Origin: Candidatus Woesearchaeota archaeon
GTDB lineage: Archaea > Nanobdellota > Nanobdellia > Woesearchaeales > UBA583
Length of the DNA: 64,000 nt
Direction: 5' to 3'
Assembly (NCBI GenBank): GCA_027858315.1
Contig: JAQICV010000049.1
Span: forward strand, 4,928-68,927
Below, piece by piece: positions 46,620 through 55,469 of this stretch. The position numbers were made by a program, and so were the translations under genes. The notes below the pieces were generated by a model. That model saw nothing but the letters and a program-made list of their open reading frames with translations. It was not told the DNA's origin and made no database searches. The stretch's first letter is position 1; each line of letters begins with the position of its first letter.

Positions 46620-47286
46620 ACTCAATCTCCTCTTGAATTAAAGTATAAATAAACTTATCAACTAGATTAGGAATCTCCTTTGAATCATTAGTTAAAAATT
46701 CTACGCAACCATTAGTCTCATCAAAAAAAACTCCAGTCTTTGAAGCATTAACATCAAAAGTAATAACTTTATCCCTCTTAGTAGAATTCACACAATTAAA
46801 ATCCTCATAAAATACAACATCTTCAAATTCAATGTTAAAATGATAAACTCTTTTCAAAAAACTAAGAAGTTTTGCAGAAGGCTGTCCAACAAGAGCATTA
46901 TCATCCCCAGTATAATTCATTAAAGAAATTTTAAAAGTTACAGTATTTAAAACATCTAATCTATCTGGCTCAACTACATAATCAAACTTTTCAATATCTG
47001 AAGGAGGACTATTAAATTGTATTTTATAAGAAACATTCCCTTCAATATAATCATATATATAATAAGAACTAGTATTCCCAATATTTGAATCATCATAATA
47101 AAAAGAAAACGCAAAAACTAAAAGTAGAAAAAACCCTACTATACCTCCAAGAATAATTGCATAATGATACCATGAAGGTTCACCATCATCTTCTGGTACA
47201 ATTTTTTCAATATTCTTAACTTCTTCATTAATCTCTTTATTAGAAACAAGCAATTCCTCATCTTTATTCTTATCTAATTTAATCAT
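46606..47286 (-). CDS. single-pass membrane protein with an extracellular domain (hypothetical)
   Basis: 226 aa. TM YAIILGGIVGFFLLLVFAFSF. Confidence 0.45.
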   Translation of the reverse strand: MIKLDKNKDEELLVSNKEINEEVKNIEKIVPEDDGEPSWYHYAIILGGIVGFFLLLVFAFSFYYDDSNIGNTSSYYIYDYIEGNVSYKIQFNSPPSDIEKFDYVVEPDRLDVLNTVTFKISLMNYTGDDNALVGQPSAKLLSFLKRVYHFNIEFEDVVFYEDFNCVNSTKRDKVITFDVNASKTGVFFDETNGCVEFLTNDSKEIPNLVDKFIYTLIQEEIEYDTR

Positions 47287-47408
47287 ATAAGTAATTAAAT
47301 AGAATTAATATATAAATATTGCTTTTAAAAATTAAGAAAAATAAAAAATAATTACTTGAAAAGGATCTCTAATTTATCTTTTCATTTATTAAAAGATGAT
47401 TCGAAATA

Positions 47409-47768
47409 TTATTTAAATAAAATTTCGAGCTTATTAGGATCCATCTTAATCTCCTTAATAATCTTAGAAGGACCAACAACAGTAATCCCTATCCTATCCT
47501 TTGCCAGAACATTAATTAAAGTATCTTTAACTCTACCTAAAATCGTCGTAGACCTTGATGAATTTAAAAATGCAACCTCAATTCCAGTAAATCTTCCTGA
47601 AACATTTGCAAGCGCTCTTGAAATAAGCTCTGTCTCATCTTCAGGTGCAAGCTTACCTTCAAGCATTACAACATCCCCGCCCTTAACAATTATTAAAATC
47701 TTCTCAAGCTTTTCAGCTCGAGACCAATTTTTAATTAATTCATAGGATAAAACTTGTACTCCCGTCAT
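47409..47768 (-). CDS. DUF2073-like protein (archaeal GTPase-associated)
   Basis: 119 aa, directly downstream of the GTPase gene. The family assignment is from memory of this conserved archaeal gene pair. Confidence 0.45.
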   Translation of the reverse strand: MTGVQVLSYELIKNWSRAEKLEKILIIVKGGDVVMLEGKLAPEDETELISRALANVSGRFTGIEVAFLNSSRSTTILGRVKDTLINVLAKDRIGITVVGPSKIIKEIKMDPNKLEILFK

Positions 47769-47852
47769 TTTAACAATTCACCTCATTGAATTTTAAAATG
47801 ATACCGAAAAAATAGAGATTTAATTTGCTTAAAATTTTTGACTGCATCATCC

Positions 47853-48488
47853 TCAATAAAACTCCGTAAAAATTGCATCATACAATTCTTCAACACCTTC
47901 ACCAGTCTTTGCCGAAATTCCAACCAAAGTATAATCTGGAAAAACAAGTTGAATCTTTTCAATACTAGAACTCTTCAAATCAGACTTATTTGCAACAATA
48001 ATAAGTTTCTTTTTCTTTGCAACCAAATTTGCAATAAGTGTAATATTTACTTGATTATAAGGATTAAGTGTAGAATCAATGACAACAAGAACTGCATCAA
48101 CATTATCCAACCATTTAATACTCTCAATAACTCCTTGAGTAGCTTCCTTTGCCCTCTCTTTTGCATCCGATTTTTTCATACCTTTCTTAACAAAATCTTC
48201 AAAATCAATTTTAGTAGCAATACCAGGAGTATCAATTAAAGAAAAATTAATAGTTTTTCCTCCTTTTTTCATCTCAAGTTTTTCAACCTTTTGAACAGAT
48301 CTAGTTTCGTGTTCAACAGATGAAGTTTCAAACTTACCTGCATCTTCTCCTAAAATATCAAATATAATTTTATTTGCAAGAGTAGACTTCCCAGCATTAG
48401 GAGGACCATACAAACCTAAACTTAATTTTTTACGCTTTTTAAAAAAAAAAAGGTAATTAAAAAACCCTTTTGAAAATAATTTGACCAT
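47853..48488 (-). CDS. small GTP-binding protein (Era/EngB-like)
   Basis: 211 aa. G1 GPPNAGKST, G3 IDTPG, G4 NKSD and G5 SAK. Confidence 0.8.
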   Translation of the reverse strand: MVKLFSKGFFNYLFFFKKRKKLSLGLYGPPNAGKSTLANKIIFDILGEDAGKFETSSVEHETRSVQKVEKLEMKKGGKTINFSLIDTPGIATKIDFEDFVKKGMKKSDAKERAKEATQGVIESIKWLDNVDAVLVVIDSTLNPYNQVNITLIANLVAKKKKLIIVANKSDLKSSSIEKIQLVFPDYTLVGISAKTGEGVEELYDAIFTEFY

Positions 48489-48571
48489 AATAATAAGACA
48501 ATATATATAGTATATAAACTTTTTCTTTAATCAACTAAAGGTTTATGAATTTTCAAATTATAATATTAACA

Positions 48572-48808
48572 CTAAATTAAACTCTCAATAATAGAAATAG
48601 CATTGTAAACTTCATTTCTAAGGTAAGAATTAACATTACCCATACTACTAATTACTTCTAATTGTTCTTGGATTTTTATCAAATCCTCTTGACCATTTGC
48701 AACTTTAATCAAAGCAATCACAGATGATAACTCAACTTTAACTTTATTTGGAGCATCTTCAACCAAACTCTCAAGTACCTCTGCAATCTCTAAAATCTCT
48801 TCAATCAT
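48572..48808 (-). CDS. UPF0147-family small helical protein
   Basis: 78 aa. The helical repeat pattern resembles archaeal UPF0147 (from memory). It lies in the conserved L37ae-RpoP neighbourhood. Confidence 0.45.
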   Translation of the reverse strand: MIEEILEIAEVLESLVEDAPNKVKVELSSVIALIKVANGQEDLIKIQEQLEVISSMGNVNSYLRNEVYNAISIIESLI

Positions 48809-48811
48809 TTT

Positions 48812-49045
48812 TCAAACATTTCGAGTCTTTTCAATAATTTCTAAACTCTTTATAAAAGCACTAACTCCTATTTTTAAATCCGTAACACTATTACAAATAA
48901 CATCAATTTCAAGTGATTCGTTTTTATTAATTTCAATTTTAATATCTTTAGATCTAAAATCAAAATCTTCTTCAATCAATAAATTATAATAAAAAATATT
49001 TAAATCTCCAAAATCTAACTTAAAATTTGAAGAGAATTTACTCAT
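48812..49045 (-). CDS. pcc1: KEOPS subunit Pcc1-like protein
   Basis: 77 aa. ESLEIDVICNSVTDLKIGVSAFIKSLEIIEKT matches the Pcc1/CTAG beta-beta-alpha pattern. Confidence 0.5.
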   Translation of the reverse strand: MSKFSSNFKLDFGDLNIFYYNLLIEEDFDFRSKDIKIEINKNESLEIDVICNSVTDLKIGVSAFIKSLEIIEKTRNV

Positions 49046-49182
49046 CTTGCTTTGATAATATCTAAAACTCTATCTTGTTTTTTCTCAAGAGCTTTTGATG
49101 AACAATAAGGACATCTAATTTTTCTCTCAACTAAAACACCGTTTACAGTTTTTTTACAAACACTACATACATATTCAACCAT
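49042..49182 (-). CDS. rpoP: DNA-directed RNA polymerase subunit P (Rpo12), not in the ORF track
   Basis: Hand translation gives MVEYVCSVCKKTVNGVLVERKIRCPYCSSKALEKKQDRVLDIIKAR (46 aa), a CxxC...CxxC zinc ribbon. ATGA overlap with pcc1, and immediately downstream of rpl37ae. Confidence 0.7.
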   Translation of the reverse strand: MVEYVCSVCKKTVNGVLVERKIRCPYCSSKALEKKQDRVLDIIKAR

Positions 49183-49187
49183 TTTAA

Positions 49188-49403
49188 TTAATAAGGTTTG
49201 TACGCTTTTCCAACGAACATTTTTTCACAACCAGCACATCTCCAAATACCATATGCTTGCCTCTTAACTTTATCCTCTTTACCACAGAAAGGGCATTTAT
49301 GTTTTCCTCTTGAGTTTTTTTCAATCTCACTAACTTTCTTTCTAAGAATGTTACCGTATCTAACTCCAAATCTTCCAGCACTACCTTGTTTTTTTGTTGC
49401 CAT
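49188..49403 (-). CDS. rpl37ae: 50S ribosomal protein L37ae (eL43)
   Basis: 71 aa. GSAGRFGVRYG and the zinc ribbon CPFCGKEDKVKRQAYGIWRCAGCEKMFVGKAY. Confidence 0.9.
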   Translation of the reverse strand: MATKKQGSAGRFGVRYGNILRKKVSEIEKNSRGKHKCPFCGKEDKVKRQAYGIWRCAGCEKMFVGKAYKPY

Positions 49404-49506
49404 TTTATCATATATACAAATTATACTCTTGCCGAGTATTAAACTATAAATAAAGAAATGAAATTTGGTTTATAAAAGTTTTGGGAAAATTTAAAATCCG
49501 AAAAAT

Positions 49507-49878
49507 CTATTTTAAAACTATAATCTTGATTATAAATAATATATATATCAAAATAATGAAAATTAAAACTCTTGAAAATGTAACAAAAATCAATAATTTT
49601 TTCTTACCTTTAAGATAATCATCTAACATATATCTCTCACTAAATATATATTTGAAACCAAAAAGAAAACTTCCTCCAGACATAAAAAACATTTTAATAG
49701 AATCATTAGGATTCAACTCGACATAAAAAGCATTAAATTCCTCCTTTAAGTGATTAATTATTTTTGAAATAATATGAATTCGTATAATTGAAAAAAAACT
49801 AAAAAAAATAACCATCAGAATTCCAAGCTTATTCAAATCATAAACGAAATTATCTAAGAACATTATAATGATAAACAA
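49507..49878 (-). CDS. hypothetical membrane protein
   Basis: 123-aa hydrophobic ORF of low complexity. Confidence 0.35.
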   Translation of the reverse strand: MFIIIMFLDNFVYDLNKLGILMVIFFSFFSIIRIHIISKIINHLKEEFNAFYVELNPNDSIKMFFMSGGSFLFGFKYIFSERYMLDDYLKGKKKLLIFVTFSRVLIFIILIYILFIIKIIVLK

Positions 49879-49997
49879 AAAAAGTAATTTATAATACTTT
49901 TTAATACAGTTATATAATGAATTAATATCAAACTAACTTCAAACAAACTAGAAACTATCACAAACTACTTATATATAATAATACTTATATCTATTAT

Positions 49998-50600
49998 ATG
50001 AACAAGAAGAAATTCCTGTTATTATCTCTAGAAGATAATAAAGCAAAGAAAATTGCAAACGCAATCACAAACAAAACATCTACACAAATACTAGACTTCT
50101 TAATAGAAAAAGAAGCAACAGAGAGCGAGATTGCAAAAAAACTAAGCCTTCCTATTTCTACAATACACTACAATCTAAAACAACTAATGCTAGCAAAACT
50201 TGTAGAATGGGAAGAAGCCCACTACAGCGCAAAAGGAAAAAAAGTAAAACACTACAAACTCGCAAATCAGTATATTATTATAGCGCCAAAAGAAGACAGA
50301 GAATCTATGCTTGAAAAATTAAAAACAATAATCCCTACATTTATAGTATCTATATTAGGAGCTGGCTTAATATATATATACCCTAGACTAACCATGGACT
50401 CCGCAGGACAATTATCAGCCAAAGTTGCAAATGACATTATAATGGAATCTCAAATGGAAAAAGCTGCACCAATGATTGCAGAAGTCGCTCAAGAAAGCTT
50501 TTGGACTCTAATAAATAACTCTAATGCTTTCTGGTTCTTACTTGGATCTATATTTACTTTAATAATATATATAGTAATTAATAGGATAAGAAAAAAGTAA
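49998..50600 (+). CDS. ArsR-like winged-helix regulator fused to two C-terminal TM helices
   Basis: 200 aa. wHTH STQILDFLIEKEATESEIAKKLSLPISTIHYNLKQLMLAKLV, with TM segments IIPTFIVSILGAGLIYIY and FWFLLGSIFTLIIYIVI. Confidence 0.6.
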   Translation: MNKKKFLLLSLEDNKAKKIANAITNKTSTQILDFLIEKEATESEIAKKLSLPISTIHYNLKQLMLAKLVEWEEAHYSAKGKKVKHYKLANQYIIIAPKEDRESMLEKLKTIIPTFIVSILGAGLIYIYPRLTMDSAGQLSAKVANDIIMESQMEKAAPMIAEVAQESFWTLINNSNAFWFLLGSIFTLIIYIVINRIRKK

Positions 50601-50798
50601 ATTTTCTCACAAATCCTTAAATGTGAATTTTATTTAGGGATTTGATAAAATTTCAAAACATTTATAAATAATTATGGCTTAATGTTTCTATCAAAAACTT
50701 AAAATTCATAAGAAATTAAGATAAAAATAAAAAATGATACTATTTAAATCACTTAATGATTAAATAGTTCGTGAATTTGTTTTTTAAATTTCTTAGAA

Positions 50799-50818
50799 TT
50801 TTATACTTAGTATAAAAT
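50799..50818. repeat. 20-nt palindromic element TTTTATAC-TTA-GTATAAAAT (copy 2), overlapping the dnaK start codon
   Basis: Identical to 20366-20385. Its last bases are the AT of the dnaK ATG (50817-50819). Confidence 0.85.
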
Positions 50819-52682
50819 GACAAGCAAAGAAAAAATATTAGGAATTGACTTAGGTACAACAAACAGTTGTATGTCAATCATCGAGAACGGAAAAGCGGTA
50901 GTTATCCCTAACGCAGAAGGTGCAAGAACAACTCCTTCAGTAGTACACATCACAGCATCTGGTGAGAGAATCGTAGGAGAACCTGCAAAAAAACAAGCAA
51001 TAGTAAAACCAAAAGAAACTATTAGTTCAATCAAAACTCACATGGGTGAAGATTATAAAGTTAGTATTCATGGAAAAGAATATACTGCTCAAGAAATTTC
51101 TGCTATCATACTTACAAAATTAAAAAAAGATGCAGAATCCTATTTAGGTCAAGATATAAAAAAAGCAGTAATTACTGTTCCAGCTTATTTTACAGATTCC
51201 CAAAGACAAGCAACAAAAGATGCAGGAAGAATTGCAGGCTTTGAAGTTGAGAGAATTATTAATGAACCAACAGCAGCTGCATTAGCTTATGGTATTGATA
51301 AAGATACAGCACATACAGTACTTGTATTTGATTTTGGAGGAGGAACATTTGATGTATCCATTTTAGAATTAGATGATGGAGTATTTGAAGTAAAAGCAAC
51401 AGCAGGAGATAATCACTTAGGTGGAGATAACATTGATGAACTATTAATTAATCATATCGCTAGTGAATTTAAAAAAGAACATGGAATTGATCTAAAAGCA
51501 GATGCTCAAGCAACTCAAAGATTAAAATCAGCAGCTGAAAAAGCTAAGATGGAATTATCCTCAAAATTAGAAACGGATATTTCAGAGCCTTTCATCACAG
51601 CAGATGCATCAGGTCCTAAACATCTAGAACTAAAAATCACAAGAGCTAAATTTGAAGAATTAATCTCAGGTATTCTAGCTAAATTAAAGAAACCTACTGA
51701 GCAAGCAATTAAAGATTCAGGTTTAAAACAATCTGAAATTGATAAAGTAATCTTAGTTGGTGGTTCAACAAGAATCCCTTCAGTTCAAGCTTTAGTAAAA
51801 AGTTTATCTGGAAAAGATGCAGATAAATCAGTAAACCCCGATGAAGCTGTTGCAGTAGGAGCTTCAATTCAAGGTGGAGTTTTAGCAGGAGATGTTACAG
51901 GAATATTATTATTAGATGTAACACCACTTAGTTTAGGAATTGAAACTCTAGGTGGAGTTTGTACTAAAATGATTGAAAGAAATACAACAATCCCTACTAA
52001 AAAATCTCAAGTATATTCGACAGCTGCTGACAACCAACCTTCTGTAACAATTAGAGTAGGTCAAGGAGAAAGAGCAATGTTTAATGACAACAAAGAAATT
52101 GGTAAATTCGATTTAAATGGAATTCCACCAGCTCCAAGAGGTGTACCTCAAATTGAAGTAACATTTGATATCGATGCTAACGGAATTGCACATGTTTCAG
52201 CTAAAGATATGGGAACTGGAAAAGAACAATCAATTAAAATTGTTGCATCCTCAAACCTATCTGAAGAAGAAATTAAGAAAATGCAAGATGACGCCGAAAA
52301 GCATGCAGAAGAAGATGAAAAGAGAAGAGAAGAAATCGAAACTGGAAATCAAGCAGAACAATTAGTTTACCAAACTAAAAAAACATTTGAAGAAAACAAA
52401 GACAAAGTTGACCAAAAGAAAGTTGGTCCAATTATGGCTAAAATCAACGATTTAGATGAAGAACTAAAAAAAGAAACTAGAAATGTTGAAACTATGAAAA
52501 AAATGATGGAAGATATCAATAAAGACTCACAAGAAGTCTTTACTGAAATGTACCAAAAAGAAGCCCAAGCTCAAGAAGCTTCAGGTGGACAAAAAGAAGA
52601 AAAATCTGAAGAAACAGTAGTTGATGCTGAAGCAACAGAAAAAGTAGAAACAAAAAAAGAAGAAACAAAAGATAAAAAATAA
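50817..52682 (+). CDS. dnaK: molecular chaperone DnaK (Hsp70)
   Basis: 621 aa. [20 protein letters not shown] and [10 protein letters not shown], with an E/K-rich C-terminal tail. Confidence 0.95.
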   Translation: MTSKEKILGIDLGTTNSCMSIIENGKAVVIPNAEGARTTPSVVHITASGERIVGEPAKKQAIVKPKETISSIKTHMGEDYKVSIHGKEYTAQEISAIILTKLKKDAESYLGQDIKKAVITVPAYFTDSQRQATKDAGRIAGFEVERIINEPTAAALAYGIDKDTAHTVLVFDFGGGTFDVSILELDDGVFEVKATAGDNHLGGDNIDELLINHIASEFKKEHGIDLKADAQATQRLKSAAEKAKMELSSKLETDISEPFITADASGPKHLELKITRAKFEELISGILAKLKKPTEQAIKDSGLKQSEIDKVILVGGSTRIPSVQALVKSLSGKDADKSVNPDEAVAVGASIQGGVLAGDVTGILLLDVTPLSLGIETLGGVCTKMIERNTTIPTKKSQVYSTAADNQPSVTIRVGQGERAMFNDNKEIGKFDLNGIPPAPRGVPQIEVTFDIDANGIAHVSAKDMGTGKEQSIKIVASSNLSEEEIKKMQDDAEKHAEEDEKRREEIETGNQAEQLVYQTKKTFEENKDKVDQKKVGPIMAKINDLDEELKKETRNVETMKKMMEDINKDSQEVFTEMYQKEAQAQEASGGQKEEKSEETVVDAEATEKVETKKEETKDKK

Positions 52683-52712
52683 ATTTTATTTTTTCTAATT
52701 TTAACAACAAAT

Positions 52713-53252
52713 TTATAATTTAAGGATTTCAATATTTGGAAAAACTTTAATTAGGTTATTATTCTCTAAATTTTCAGACATAATAACTTTAACAATATTC
52801 TCAGGAGAAATCTTTTCTTTAGTTACCAATCTAGTAGAATAAAATTTCTGAAAAAATTTCAACAAAATTGGCTCACCTTTAACCATAGAAATATTCTTCA
52901 AGAATACAGGATCTAAATCTAGCTCCAATATAACTAAATTTTTATTTCTAACAACATTACTCCTAATATAATTAAGTATTGAAACTTTTCTATTTTGTTT
53001 TCTTGCACGGCTTTTGGCTTCTTTTAAATTAATAAAAAACCAAATATAACTGTATCTTTCTTTTAAATTATATTCTTTTTGATTAAAAATCTCAGTTGCT
53101 CTTTCTATATCTTCTTTAATATTATATTTATTTTTAATATATTTGTAATAAATTTTTTCTATAATTCTTTCCTTTATTTCCATACCAGGAATTAAACCAA
53201 TTTTCAGAATAGAATCTAAATTTTCATATTCTGTAACATGATAAACTCTCAT
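52713..53252 (-). CDS. hypothetical protein
   Basis: 179-aa K/N-rich ORF. See noticed_but_rejected for the weak ART-fold resemblance. Confidence 0.4.
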   Translation of the reverse strand: MRVYHVTEYENLDSILKIGLIPGMEIKERIIEKIYYKYIKNKYNIKEDIERATEIFNQKEYNLKERYSYIWFFINLKEAKSRARKQNRKVSILNYIRSNVVRNKNLVILELDLDPVFLKNISMVKGEPILLKFFQKFYSTRLVTKEKISPENIVKVIMSENLENNNLIKVFPNIEILKL

Positions 53253-53263
53253 CTTAAAATAAA

Positions 53264-53584
53264 TTATCTGTACTCACGCCATTGATGTTTACACTTCTCA
53301 CATTTATAGAACTGTGTTTCAGGCTCATCACCAGCCCTAGTTTGCTTAGTCCAATAAAATGCTTTCATATGTCCACACTCAGGACACTCTTGATCTGCAA
53401 TAGGATGAATTTCTGCAGAACTATCATTTTTATTAATAACTTCTATTTCTTCTGCCTTGCCAATTTTCTCTGACAACTTAACAGTTCCTTTAGGTTTTTG
53501 AACAAAACCACAAGCAGAGCACTTAACCTCTTCTCCCTTCTTCCCAATAATTATCGCATCACAATTTGAACAAAAATCTACCAT
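53264..53584 (-). CDS. tfs: transcription elongation/cleavage factor TFS (RpoM-like)
   Basis: 106 aa. N-terminal zinc ribbon CSNC...CSAC and C-terminal CPECGHMKAFYWTKQTRAGDEPETQFYKCEKCKHQWR with the acidic DE loop. Confidence 0.85.
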   Translation of the reverse strand: MVDFCSNCDAIIIGKKGEEVKCSACGFVQKPKGTVKLSEKIGKAEEIEVINKNDSSAEIHPIADQECPECGHMKAFYWTKQTRAGDEPETQFYKCEKCKHQWREYR

Positions 53585-53692
53585 TTTTTCATACCTATAA
53601 AAACAATTGAAATTTGAATTTATAAACTTTGTGAAAAAATTAAAATTTTAAATTATTCCTTAAAAACAATTATTTTAAGGAATGACTAAACA

Positions 53693-54085
53693 TCATTGCT
53701 TAATGATTTTTAATTTCTCTAAATATTTCTCTGCCTCACCCTCAGAATACTTTTTAACTCTATTGAAATCAAAAATTTCAACATTATCTGTTATAGGGAA
53801 AATATGGACATGAACATGTGGAACATCCATACCATAAACCAATGTGCCAATTTTAACTCCCAACTTTTCTCTCAAATTCTTTACTAATTTTAAAACAACC
53901 CTTTGAAGCTCTAAATACTCCCCTTCAGGCATATCAGAGATATTATCATACTCTTTTTTTGGAATAACTAAAGTGTGTCCTTTCTCAAACGGAGAAATAT
54001 CTAAAAAAGCTAAATGATTCTCATCCTCATAAACTTTAGATGAAGGAATCTCACCCTTAATAATTTTACTAAAAATTGTTACCAT
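53693..54085 (-). CDS. HIT-family nucleotide hydrolase
   Basis: 130 aa from the internal Met. MVTIFSKIIKGEIPS and the histidine triad HVHVHIFP. Confidence 0.85.
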   Translation of the reverse strand: MVTIFSKIIKGEIPSSKVYEDENHLAFLDISPFEKGHTLVIPKKEYDNISDMPEGEYLELQRVVLKLVKNLREKLGVKIGTLVYGMDVPHVHVHIFPITDNVEIFDFNRVKKYSEGEAEKYLEKLKIIKQ

Positions 54086-54173
54086 AAAATACTCCAAAAT
54101 TAGAAATTTAAAAACTTTTCTCAAATCTAAAATTAAAACAAAATTATATAAACAAAATAAATAAAAATAATCT

Positions 54174-54692
54174 ATGGAGAAAATTGGAAATATTATTATT
54201 ATGAAATCACACTTCATAAATACCTTAATGCCTAAATTTATAAAACACTTATTTTGGAATTCAATAGTATTCTTAATTTTATATGGAATATATTATTTAT
54301 TAGACAATTCTGCAAAATATGATTTTGACACAATTATCATACTATCCTTAATTTTTTTAACAATTATATTCTCGATAATTAAAATATCAAAAGATTTAAT
54401 TAAAATATTAAACACTACATATGAATTTCATCCAAATCATCTTGAAGTAAAATACAAATTCATTAAAGAAGAAACGCACTCAATAAATTACAAACAAATA
54501 ACTGATATAAAAGTAAATAAAACAATATGGGATAGAATATGTAAAGTTGGTGATATAGAAATTCATACTGCAAATGATTCTTTTCATAATGAAAAAACAA
54601 CTGCTTTAATCCTTAAAGACATAAGACATGCTGACAAAATAGAAGATGAAATAACAAGAAAAATTCATTCATATAAAACTCCTCATCAATAA
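54174..54692 (+). CDS. membrane protein with a bacterial PH-like (bPH_2/YdbT-like) domain
   Basis: 172 aa. Two TM helices, then YEFHPNHLEVKYKFIKEETHSINYKQITDIKVNKTIWDRICKVGDIEI. Confidence 0.55.
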   Translation: MEKIGNIIIMKSHFINTLMPKFIKHLFWNSIVFLILYGIYYLLDNSAKYDFDTIIILSLIFLTIIFSIIKISKDLIKILNTTYEFHPNHLEVKYKFIKEETHSINYKQITDIKVNKTIWDRICKVGDIEIHTANDSFHNEKTTALILKDIRHADKIEDEITRKIHSYKTPHQ

Positions 54693-54701
54693 ATAGAATA
54701 A

Positions 54702-55469
54702 TTATTTAAATGAAATTTTCAAAGGTAAATGGTCTGAAACTTCTTCTTTTAAAACACCAAAGTTCAAAACTTCAATATCTGAACTTACAAATACATAATC
54801 TGCAAACTTATCCTCTCTATCATAATAAGAACTTCGAGTAGTTTTTATATCATAAATATTAATCAAATTAACTAAATTCTCCTCTAAAATTTTAATACTT
54901 GTAGTGTCAGGAAGTAAATTAAAATCACCACAAATTATTTTTTTACCATCTATCAAATCTAAAAAAGACTTAATTTTATTAGATTGAAAAATTCTTTCAG
55001 CATTATCACCTTTACCAAAACCCCTAATCCAAACTCCATGCAAATTACAAATTGTGAAAATTTCATTATTAATTTCTAATTTAATACTCTGAAAATTTCT
55101 TGAATCTTCCTGAGTTTTCCCTTCAGTTCTAGAATTAAAATAACCATAAGTAAAAAAATAATTATAATCTATCACTTTCAAACTTTTCCTAACAAAGATA
55201 ACATTTCCATAAGAAAAATCTGCTCCTTCATAAACACCATTATGTGTTGGAGCAAAATAACATTCAAAATCAAAAAGAACAATTTTTAATTCCTCAAGCA
55301 AATTCAATCTTGAAACTCCCCTATACAAAATATTAACTTTACTACTTAAAATTTCTTGAAAACAAAAAACATCTCTTTTTTTAGATTCATCGAAAATAAA
55401 TCTAATTAATTCATCAAATATTTTTCCTCTCCAAGTATTTAAAGAAAGTAATCTTATTCCTTCAATTAT
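54702..55469 (-). CDS. endonuclease/exonuclease/phosphatase (EEP) family protein; N-terminus extends beyond the listed ORF and lacks a canonical start
   Basis: Listed ORF 54702-55328 has CGDFNL and SDHLPL. The same frame stays open to 55472 and encodes IEGIRLLSLNTWRGK...RDVFCFQEIL (EEP motifs I and II). That extension has no ATG, GTG or TTG. Confidence 0.6.
   Translation of the reverse strand: MIEGIRLLSLNTWRGKIFDELIRFIFDESKKRDVFCFQEILSSKVNILYRGVSRLNLLEELKIVLFDFECYFAPTHNGVYEGADFSYGNVIFVRKSLKVIDYNYFFTYGYFNSRTEGKTQEDSRNFQSIKLEINNEIFTICNLHGVWIRGFGKGDNAERIFQSNKIKSFLDLIDGKKIICGDFNLLPDTTSIKILEENLVNLINIYDIKTTRSSYYDREDKFADYVFVSSDIEVLNFGVLKEEVSDHLPLKISFK

Noticed and set aside
49184-49411. 75-aa ORF overlapping rpl37ae in another frame, and the plus-strand ORF 49198-49449
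   Set aside because: The 49188-49403 frame encodes an unmistakable L37ae zinc-ribbon protein. The overlapping frames have no recognisable features.
52713-53252. N-terminus VYHVTEYENLDSILKIGLIPG and C-terminal RLVTKEKISPENIVKVI resemble the first and last motifs of ADP-ribosyltransferase-fold proteins (DarT or Tpt1-like)
   Set aside because: The similarity is limited to short stretches recalled from memory, the central catalytic motifs are not evident, and no macrodomain (DarG-like) partner is adjacent. The gene is kept as hypothetical. HHpred would settle it.
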